DNA of 64,000 bases, from positions 96,001 to 160,000 of IMG/VR virus record IMGVR_UViG_642918914_000001; one strand, 5' to 3'. Positions within the stretch are counted from its first letter, which is position 1. The number at the start of each line of letters is the position of its first letter. This DNA comes from a virus (lineage: Duplodnaviria; Caudoviricetes). Of this stretch, positions 56,675 through 64,000 are shown one piece after another. The notes beneath the pieces were generated by a model. That model did not search any database, was not told where the DNA came from, and saw only the letters and a list, made by a program, of their open reading frames with translations. A program made the translations under genes and the position numbers.

Positions 56675-56682
56675 ATCAAATT
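56675..56682 (-). promoter_or_regulatory. AATTTGAT motif upstream of RuvC-like gene
   Basis: In the 29-nt gap between terminase and RuvC-like gene. Confidence 0.5.
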
Positions 56683-56689
56683 GGAGGGA

Positions 56690-58882
56690 TCAGCGCAAAC
56701 CCGGATGCCGATAACCACCACGACTTAGGAACACAGGACGTGCAGCAGCCCCACCCTGCGCGCCATACACGAAGTCCTTGGCCTCGATCAACTTCTCCAT
56801 GACCTTCGGATTGTGAATGGTGGACAGAAGGAGGACCAGCGAACGGAAGATGTCATCGGTCATGCCTTCGCCCTTCTCGGGACAGCGACTCTCTCCAACG
56901 TCACGCACTGTCAGCATTTGCAACAACAGATGGGCGATCGGCTTGTTCAACATCTCTTGCCGATAGTTCTCAACCATACCTTCGATGGCGCGCTCCGCAT
57001 CTTTCTTGTCGACCGACGGCAGGACCGCATTCCGCTGTTCCAACATGCCACGAGCCATGTCGAAGTCTTTGCGACGTGGACTGTACTGCTTGGACTCGGT
57101 CCGCGTCTTTCCCTTTGGGTTCTTACCCATGTCCATCTTGATGCGGTGCAGCAGATCCAACGACTGCCACTGGTCGGCAACCATCCCGATCGCGTTCAGG
57201 TCTTTGGCCAACGGAAAGATGATCTTCTCGTAGATCAGATTGAAGTTGACTGCGCGCCCGTCGTGTGGCATGCACTCCAGGATGGTGGTGACCACCGTCT
57301 TGCCTGTATCGAAGTTGTAGTGACCCGCGGTCACGCAGAAGCTGTTGTTGACCGATCCAGCGTCCAGCGAGATGACCGACGGATACTTGAACGTACGAAT
57401 GCGTTCGATGCGTCCATAGATCTCACCCGGTCGATCGTACAGGTAGATGAAGTTGTGGCTGTTCTGCCCGTTGATGAAGAGATCGCTCTCTACGGTCTTC
57501 ACCTGAATGAACCGCGAGTGCACCGCCGGAGGATTCGCGCCAAAGTCGCGCTCTGCCTTTTCCGCGTTCGACGCATAGGCAGCAGCGATCACAGGGGTCT
57601 GACGCGTCATGAACGGGTTGACCTCCCAAGTGGGAAGGTTCACGCCCAAGATGTACTTCGAGCCCTCTTCTGTGCGCGACTCCTTTAACAGGCGCATCAT
57701 CTTGTCACGCAAGCTGATGGGCGAGCTCACGTTGAAGAGAATGGGAGGCGGCGCTGTGTTGTAGCCCTTCGACAGCAGTTCGTTATACGCCAAGTTGACC
57801 GTGGTCAGGCTGTTGTACAGCGACTTGTGAGCCTCGTCGGCGTTCGCGCGTTCGCTGTTCTCGTCCTCTTCCTCGTCACCAGACGGCAACGGGAACAAGC
57901 CCAATTCGTCAAGGGCACCACCAACGCGCGTGTCACCCCGCAGCGTTGTACTCATGGGACCGGACGGATAGAAGCGAAGGTTCTTGGTGTAGAACGATGC
58001 GTAGATGGTGGAGATGCGATACAGCTCCTTTCCATAACGCTGCTTGTAGTGATCCATCAGCGCCAAGTAGTCCTTGAACCACTTGTTGTCTTCAGTAATC
58101 AGCTTCTTGTAGGGAGTCCACATCACGCCGATTGCCTTGGATGCAGACAGGCTGACGAAGGTGAACGTCAACTCAGTGGATGCCTGCATACTGCTCGTCA
58201 TGTCTGCGTAGTTCGGGAACTTCAGCAGCATGTGCGTGAGGTACGACGCGTAGGTAGCCAGCGATGACGACTTACCACTCCGCTGACCAAGGACCGAGGC
58301 CAATTGGATGTAGTTGCGCAGGCCGTGCTTTTGGATGAGCTCCCACTTGTTTCGCTTGCACTTCGGGCACTTTCCATGTTCCAAGAACACAAGGTGCTCG
58401 GGCATGTCCTTTGCCTTGTAGTCCTTCGGCACATTGTGGACGTCCAGCCAGTCCTTGTTGGAACACACTGGGCAGATCTCGCCGAACAGCATGGCGCCGA
58501 TCCACATCTGGCGCGACCATGGATGGTGAACGCGCTTGCCGCTCAGATTGATAGCGAAGTCGTAGAAGTTCTTGGCACGCGGTAGATCCCGAGTGTCAAT
58601 CTTGAGATCGTGTAGGGTTCCCGTTTCGGGGTCTTCCAAGTCATCCATGTACCGGCGCACGTCGAAGTCGGCGATCGCGTTGCCTTGATCGTCAAATCCA
58701 CCGCCCGGCAGGATGTACTCGTCTTCCTTCACGTCCAGCAATTTGCTGGTCAGCTTCTTGCCGCTTTTCTTGGCCTTCTTCTTGCGGCGAAGATGGATTG
58801 CTTCCATCTCTTCAGAGGACAACAGCCCTGGAAACAGGGTGTCGGCCTTGGTCTTCATCAGGTGTGCGATATCCATAGCCAC
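56690..58882 (-). CDS. terminase large subunit
   Basis: Walker A GQRSGKS, Walker B LDELG, coupling motif VSSP, PTWEVNP, nuclease ISLDAG, ADQWQS, DDIFRS; zinc-ribbon insertion. Confidence 0.85.
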   Translation of the reverse strand: MAMDIAHLMKTKADTLFPGLLSSEEMEAIHLRRKKKAKKSGKKLTSKLLDVKEDEYILPGGGFDDQGNAIADFDVRRYMDDLEDPETGTLHDLKIDTRDLPRAKNFYDFAINLSGKRVHHPWSRQMWIGAMLFGEICPVCSNKDWLDVHNVPKDYKAKDMPEHLVFLEHGKCPKCKRNKWELIQKHGLRNYIQLASVLGQRSGKSSSLATYASYLTHMLLKFPNYADMTSSMQASTELTFTFVSLSASKAIGVMWTPYKKLITEDNKWFKDYLALMDHYKQRYGKELYRISTIYASFYTKNLRFYPSGPMSTTLRGDTRVGGALDELGLFPLPSGDEEEDENSERANADEAHKSLYNSLTTVNLAYNELLSKGYNTAPPPILFNVSSPISLRDKMMRLLKESRTEEGSKYILGVNLPTWEVNPFMTRQTPVIAAAYASNAEKAERDFGANPPAVHSRFIQVKTVESDLFINGQNSHNFIYLYDRPGEIYGRIERIRTFKYPSVISLDAGSVNNSFCVTAGHYNFDTGKTVVTTILECMPHDGRAVNFNLIYEKIIFPLAKDLNAIGMVADQWQSLDLLHRIKMDMGKNPKGKTRTESKQYSPRRKDFDMARGMLEQRNAVLPSVDKKDAERAIEGMVENYRQEMLNKPIAHLLLQMLTVRDVGESRCPEKGEGMTDDIFRSLVLLLSTIHNPKVMEKLIEAKDFVYGAQGGAAARPVFLSRGGYRHPGLR

Positions 58883-58908
58883 TCACTCTACAACTGGAAC
58901 CGCGAATG

Positions 58909-59277
58909 TCAGACGCCCTCTACCCAGCGAAGGAATCGACGCCAGAGGCCACGATCCTCCAGCGCCCAGCGCTTTTCGCGCTCTTCACGGGCGATTGCTT
59001 GAAGACGTTCAATGACTTGATCGGCGTGCTCCAGCTGCTGCCGGAGACGCTGAGTACGACCTTCTGCCTTCTGTGCACGGCGATGCATAGTGTGGGCTCG
59101 TGCGTTGGCCTTGGACAGCTCAACACTCAAGCGATGTACCTCGTGGACGTTGGTCGTGTAGTGCTCAACATCCACGAGGACGGTACCACGCGTCATGACC
59201 ACGCATGAAGTTTCCGGATCCACGTGCGGATCACTCGGCGGCTTCATTCCCACTGGCGGGTTCAGGTTTTCGTGCAC
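58909..59277 (-). CDS. hypothetical coiled-coil protein
   Basis: Coiled coil ending RGLWRRFLRW; start uncertain. Confidence 0.6.
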   Translation of the reverse strand: MHENLNPPVGMKPPSDPHVDPETSCVVMTRGTVLVDVEHYTTNVHEVHRLSVELSKANARAHTMHRRAQKAEGRTQRLRQQLEHADQVIERLQAIAREEREKRWALEDRGLWRRFLRWVEGV

Positions 59278-59867
59278 GGCGTTCGTATTCCATTGGGTTG
59301 ACGATCAGCACCTCCTTCTTAGGAGTAATGCTGTCCAGTAGATACTGCACGGTGGACGATGGGAGCTTGAGATAGCGCGTGATGTAGCGCGCGAGCACCA
59401 GCGTCGCTCCCTTGTGCAGCATATGCTCAAACTGGGCAAATTGACTTTCGTCGATCGGCACACCAAGCGCCCGCTGCACTACGTCCTTCGCCTGCTGACT
59501 TCCGGCTTGTGCTCCCAGCGTGAGCGGCGCAACGTCCCGCAGCCAGAACTCACGGACCCGCGTCAGATTCTTGTCCAACACCGGTCGCAGTTCCTGCTGA
59601 TAGGTCTTACGGCGTTCTTCAACCTGCTGGTCAATGAACTCCACCTCTCTTGGGCACGCTGATGGATTTGCGCGCTTCCACCTCCTGCGACACGGACTTG
59701 GTCGGCTGGTAGAAGAAGCGCGATCGGCGAGATACTCGTTCACGCCGCTCCAACATCGACTCAGCCTGTGCAAGAGGCCGCCCAATGTTGGAGATGGCAG
59801 CGAGTACCGAGTCGGCCTGCTCTTCTTCCTTCTTCGTGCTGAGAACCAATGTGCTACTCGTTGCCAC
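59231..59867 (-). CDS. hypothetical protein interrupted by frameshift(s) at ~59640-59750
   Basis: AGGAGG RBS + GTG at 59867 in one frame; plausible C-terminal part EVEFIDQQVEERR... in another frame. Confidence 0.5.
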
Positions 59868-59875
59868 GATGCCTC

Positions 59876-60259
59876 CTATTGCGGATCCAGCTTCTTAGTG
59901 TCCACCATCTCGTACTCGTAGGTCACGGTCATGTGCAGTGGCTCACTTTCCGCGCCGAACAACGCGGTTTGTTGGGAGCCGCTCATGGCGGTGATCGTGC
60001 GGTACGAGAGCCGGCTGAAAGTGAACGACACGATGGGCTTGAGCTCGGAACACAAGATGAGCTCAATGCTGGCACCCGGTTCCATAATGGAGGGCGGCGG
60101 AAGCGGCGCTTCTTCCGTGGGCACAATCACCAGCGACAGTTTGGAGCCCTTGATGCTGTAGCTTGTGACTCGCGGGTCCACGACGCCGTTCACACGGACT
60201 TGGAAGTCGCAGCTGAGAAGGGGCCGCCCCAAATCCGTCATCGCCGCCACATCATTCAT
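59876..60259 (-). CDS. hypothetical protein
   Basis: MNDVAAM..., overlaps the corrected RecA stop. Confidence 0.65.
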   Translation of the reverse strand: MNDVAAMTDLGRPLLSCDFQVRVNGVVDPRVTSYSIKGSKLSLVIVPTEEAPLPPPSIMEPGASIELILCSELKPIVSFTFSRLSYRTITAMSGSQQTALFGAESEPLHMTVTYEYEMVDTKKLDPQ

Positions 60260-61720
60260 CGTCGTCATCTTCTTTCACCTTGGAGTTCTTGAAGGCGTTG
60301 TACAGCGTTCGCCCTTGCCGGTGGCGACTTGCTTGAAGCAGAAGGCACGCAGATCCATCGGCTTGTAGCCCAGTGCCTGACTGATCTTCGTCTTCTCTTC
60401 CTTGGAACCGAGAACCCACTTCTTCAGCGTGCCCCAGTCGATCGACCGCTTGGCTGCACCCATGCCTTCGAGATCGAGGAACATGTTCTTGCGGTTCTTC
60501 GCGGTGAGCTGGCCAGTGGACTGCAGATAGTGCATGGTGTCGAAGAACGGGTCGAAGCCGCGAGCCTTGCCCGAACTGTCCGAGACCCAGATGCGAACCC
60601 ACATCTTGCGACCGGGGTTTGCCAGCTTGTTCTTCTTGTTGACGACCTGAACGTATCGGTAGCGATCCTTGCCACCGTCCGCCGACGGCTCGATTTCCAC
60701 ACGCTCTTCGCCGTCGAACTTGGCGTTGAACGGCATACCGCTTGCACGCGAATTCCACCAGTTGCGCACGTCGCTGTTGAAGCGCAGCGCCTGACCGCAA
60801 GCTTCCTTTTCCTTCGGGCCGTACATGGCCATCGGCACTTCGCGCAGCTGATTGACGCCGACCATTGCCACCATCTTCTGTGCGAGACGGCCCTTGACGC
60901 GAGGCAGATGCTTGGCGAAGAATCGAGCGTGGAGGCCCAAGCTGTTGTTGGCTTCTTCGTTGTCGTTGGCTTCCGGGTTCATGGCCGGATACGAATCGAC
61001 GAGGATCAGCGCTTGGAGGCTGCCGTCTTCAGTGGGCACCCACAGACCCTTGCCGTACTTGCGGGCCATGTTGGCGTCAGCCTGCTGGCTGTAAGCCGCC
61101 TTGTGCTTCTTGTTGCTCTCGTCGAAGACCAGCCACCACTTGTTGGCGACGAACTTCTTGTCCGGCATATCGCGCAGCATCTCGGCCAGCCAGTCGAAGA
61201 ACTTCTCGCCTCGCGTTTCAGCGATATAGCGAACGCGCGGAGGAGTCGTCCACTTGCCCGTTGCCGGGTCCTTGACGCCGAACAGTTCCTTCGGGCCTTG
61301 CTTCACACCCATCGTCTGCAGGATGTTGCCGACGTAGTCCAAGCTGTTGGCGGTCGACCCTTCATAGTCCCAGAAGGCGGTGGGGATGCCAGCCTTGACG
61401 GCTGCTGCCATTAGCGCGATGGCGCCCGTGGTCTTACCACCTTGCTCGAAACCGGCGCTCGTGTACATCGCAGGGCGAATGCCACCGCCCAAGATCAGAT
61501 CGTACGCCAGCAGACCGGTGGACAGGGGCTTCACGTTGTCCATCAGATCGGTGTCCACACCCTGACGCTTGCTGATCTCGTCCATGGTGTCGGTCATCAT
61601 GCTGAAGTAGTCGAATGTGGCCTTCGACATTTTCGGCGAATCCCCTGCGTCAGCGGCTGCGCGCTTTCCCTTCTTCGCGGCTGGAGCTTCTTTCTGCTTC
61701 ACTTGCTTCTTGGTTGCCAT
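60252..61720 (-). CDS. RecA/UvsX-like recombinase (probable 1-nt deletion at ~60308)
   Basis: STGLLAYDLILGGG, GFEQGGKTT, WDYEG, LVDS.PAM, ARFF, VNQLR, MYGP.E...GQALRF.SDVR, KNKL; natural acidic end LYNAFKNSKVKEDDDDE* lies in the adjacent frame. Confidence 0.9.
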
Positions 61721-61753
61721 GTGTTGTCCTGTGAAACTGTGTGCTGTATGAAG

Positions 61754-61788
61754 ACAAAAAGGCCCACCCAGTCGTTACCGGATGGGCC
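61754..61788 (-). terminator. intrinsic terminator downstream of SSB-like gene
   Basis: Minus strand GGCCCATCCGGT-AACG-ACTGGGTGGGCC-TTTTT. Confidence 0.8.
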
Positions 61789-61804
61789 GCAAAGGACGAA
61801 CTAC

Positions 61805-63277
61805 TTACTCGTCATCATCGCCGAAATCGTCATCATCGTCTTCGTCGGCCGGACGCTTCTTCGAAGACTTCTTGGCGGCGGGTTTGGACTTGCCCTTCTT
61901 GGCCTTGGGCGCCTCCTCTTCCTCGTCTTCATCTTCGTCATCGTCGTCGCCGAAGTCGTCATCGTCGTCTTCGTCAACCGGCTTCTTGCTGGTCTTCTTG
62001 GCGGGCTTGGTCGTCTTCTTGGCCGGTGCCTTGCGCTTGGCCTTGGGCTCGTCGTCTTCGTCCTCGTCCTCGTCTTCGTCGTCGGCATCATCGTCGCCGT
62101 CTTCGTCGTCTTCGTCGTCAGACCAAGGCGCAGACTTGCCGCCCTTCTTGGCGGGCTTGCCCTTGCCCTTCTTGGGCTCGTCGTCTTCGTCGTCGAAGTC
62201 GTCGTCATCTTCGTCGTCCGAATCCGAGTCCTCATCGTCCTCGTCATCATCTTCCGAATCGTCGTCTTCGTCCTCGTCGTCCTCGTCGGCCTTGCGCTTG
62301 GACTTGGCGGGAGCCTTCTTGCCCTTCTTGGCGGGCGGCTCATCGTCTTCGTCCTCGTCGTCGCCGTCATCGTCGTCGAAGTCTTCATCCTCGTCTTCGT
62401 CGCGAGCCGGTTTCTTGGCGGCCTTGCCCTTCTTGGACTTCGGAGCTTCGTCCTCGTCTTCTTCCTCGAAGTCCTCGTCGCTGCGCTTCTTGCCGCCCTT
62501 CAGCTTGATGCCGTTGCGCTTGGCCCACGAGGCGAAGTCGGCCTTCACTTCTTCTTCGGTCTGCTCGCTGGCCAGTTCCGACAGATCCCACTTGAGGTAC
62601 GCCAGCTCTTCTTCAGTGAGCGGGGTTTGGCCGTTGGGACCCGGCTGGATGGTGTACTGGTTGGCGGGGGACTCGTCCGGATCGTGCATGATGCGGATGT
62701 CCATGCCGAACTTCGGGTGGCTGAGGCTGTACGACTTGGTGCCGCCCTTGCCGTCGACCGTGTTCAGGCCCTTCATCTTCTGGATCTTGGCCACCACACC
62801 TGCGGGCAGGCGCAGCGCCACGACCGGCGTCCACGTGTCGCTGTCCTTGTCCTTGTAGCCCGTCTTGCGTTCGCTGCTGGTGGGCTTGGACTTGCGTGCC
62901 GGCTCCTTCTTCTGCTCGCTGCGCATGATGGCGTTGATGTAGAAGTGAGTGGCCACTTGGATGTTGCGATCCTTCTGGTCCACGCCGCGTTCGGCTTGGT
63001 ACAGATCACGCCACGGGTCGTACTTCGTGCTGTCGAACTCTTGAGTGTCCGGAGAATACGACGGGCTGTTGACCGAGAAGTTGGTCGTGCCTTTGCCGTC
63101 TTTCTTCTTGGTCTTGACCCAGTACGTGCAGTAGCTGAACGTCGGGCCAAACAGGCGAAGCGTGACCCACTTCTTGGCGGGCAGCTTCATGATGTTGACC
63201 TTGTCCGACGGGCGAATACGCTCCGCACGGTTGTTGGTCTTGACCGAATCGAAATCGGCGCCTTGTTGCTTTGCCAT
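61805..63277 (-). CDS. single-stranded DNA-binding protein (gp32-like) with very long acidic/basic tail
   Basis: Aromatic/basic core (TLRLFGP...YW...DP...HFYINAI...G.DIRI..D) adjacent to RecA; ~230-aa D/E- and K/A/P-block tail. Confidence 0.6.
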   Translation of the reverse strand: MAKQQGADFDSVKTNNRAERIRPSDKVNIMKLPAKKWVTLRLFGPTFSYCTYWVKTKKKDGKGTTNFSVNSPSYSPDTQEFDSTKYDPWRDLYQAERGVDQKDRNIQVATHFYINAIMRSEQKKEPARKSKPTSSERKTGYKDKDSDTWTPVVALRLPAGVVAKIQKMKGLNTVDGKGGTKSYSLSHPKFGMDIRIMHDPDESPANQYTIQPGPNGQTPLTEEELAYLKWDLSELASEQTEEEVKADFASWAKRNGIKLKGGKKRSDEDFEEEDEDEAPKSKKGKAAKKPARDEDEDEDFDDDDGDDEDEDDEPPAKKGKKAPAKSKRKADEDDEDEDDDSEDDDEDDEDSDSDDEDDDDFDDEDDEPKKGKGKPAKKGGKSAPWSDDEDDEDGDDDADDEDEDEDEDDEPKAKRKAPAKKTTKPAKKTSKKPVDEDDDDDFGDDDDEDEDEEEEAPKAKKGKSKPAAKKSSKKRPADEDDDDDFGDDDE

Positions 63278-63347
63278 CGGTATAATCTCCGAGTTGGTTG
63301 ATTGACGATGATGGTTTGTTATAGGCCAACGGCCCGGGACCCACTAT

Positions 63348-63773
63348 TTACTGCGGACTGCTTTCTTGAGACACGCGCTGCGCAAATGCCTGAGCGGCAC
63401 GCTCCTTGTGTACTTGCGCATCCACGTCATGGATGGTGGTCAACGCACGAGTCAACCCTTGGACCACCTTGACGACAGTAGCTCGCACCTGCGCGTCGTC
63501 GTAGCTGAGGGCAGTGGTGAGAAGCGTTACCGTGTTCTGGATGAGGTTCTGCTGGTGTACGCTGCGCTCGCTGCTACGTTGGTCCATCTGCTCGATAAGC
63601 AGTTGGCTGATTGCAGCCCACGGCGCGTCGTTCTGCAGCATGTTGAACATCTGCTCAGCCTGTCGTGCGCGCAGCGCGTAGTCCGACATCTGGCTTTGAA
63701 GACTGGCAACAGACATGCGAAGGCTTGCCAGTTCCATATCTGGTGCTTGAACCGCTACTGAGGATTGATCCAT
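63348..63773 (-). CDS. hypothetical helical protein
   Basis: 141-aa ORF, operon packing. Confidence 0.7.
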   Translation of the reverse strand: MDQSSVAVQAPDMELASLRMSVASLQSQMSDYALRARQAEQMFNMLQNDAPWAAISQLLIEQMDQRSSERSVHQQNLIQNTVTLLTTALSYDDAQVRATVVKVVQGLTRALTTIHDVDAQVHKERAAQAFAQRVSQESSPQ

Positions 63774-63774
63774 G

Positions 63775-63996
63775 TCAGTGATTCCAGGTGAAGCGCTTCA
63801 GCGTTTTGATTTGGTCATTAGTGACGAACTCGGGAATACCCAAGGTCGCACGCAGATACCCATGGACGTCTACCTGACGAGAGATGTACGCCACGTGTTG
63901 AATGAGTTCGCCTTCAAGGTTGGGCATGACGGTGCCCAACACATCGTCGATCGAGTCGCCATACTGTTCGTGCAGTGCCTCGATCGACGGATCCAT
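63775..63996 (-). CDS. hypothetical protein (may start beyond the window)
   Basis: ORF open to the window edge. Confidence 0.55.
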   Translation of the reverse strand: MDPSIEALHEQYGDSIDDVLGTVMPNLEGELIQHVAYISRQVDVHGYLRATLGIPEFVTNDQIKTLKRFTWNH

Positions 63997-64000
63997 CTGC

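Noticed and set aside
56690-61720. Intein or intron in terminase or RecA
   Set aside because: No C/S...HN-C/S/T splice motifs or LAGLIDADG blocks. The insertions are short (a zinc ribbon in TerL, a ~50-aa loop in RecA).
61782-62858. Poly-Ser ORF on the plus strand
   Set aside because: It is the reverse complement of the GAC/GAA-rich acidic tail of the SSB-like gene.
1-64000. Alternative genetic code or stop-codon reassignment
   Set aside because: Genes are full length under the standard code, and TAA, TAG and TGA all terminate well-packed genes. The interruptions are frame changes, not in-frame stops.

Overview
The window is a 64-kb segment of a large, GC-rich contractile-tailed phage (jumbo/large myovirus). 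The gene set is reminiscent of the RSL1/Lu11-type phages of Proteobacteria; this is an inference, not a search result. Minus strand, left: DNA-metabolism genes (SbcC/gp46 ATPase, a minimal nucleotidyltransferase, DnaX-like clamp loader, Cas4-like nuclease, 5'-3' exonuclease). Plus strand, about 8-36 kb: a very large adsorption apparatus and a holin/GH19 lysis cassette. The adsorption genes include an S74-chaperone fibre followed by two gp38-like paralogues, two more long repeat fibres, two paralogous ~740-aa virion proteins, a GH114/PelA-like hydrolase and a beta-helix tailspike. Minus strand, 36-52 kb: tail-collar fibre, baseplate, lysozyme, tape-measure-like and tube-like genes. Minus strand, right: portal, MmcB, RuvC-like, terminase, RecA/UvsX and an SSB-like protein with a very long charge-blocked tail. 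Notable non-coding signals are a recurrent intergenic octamer AATTTGAT (candidate phage promoter) and a ~200-nt structured intergenic RNA candidate with an RBS-occluding palindrome. Several single-base frameshifts, mostly in short homopolymers, suggest indel errors in the assembly. No tRNA, rRNA, CRISPR array, integrase or transposase was recognised. All family assignments come from motif recognition by eye.
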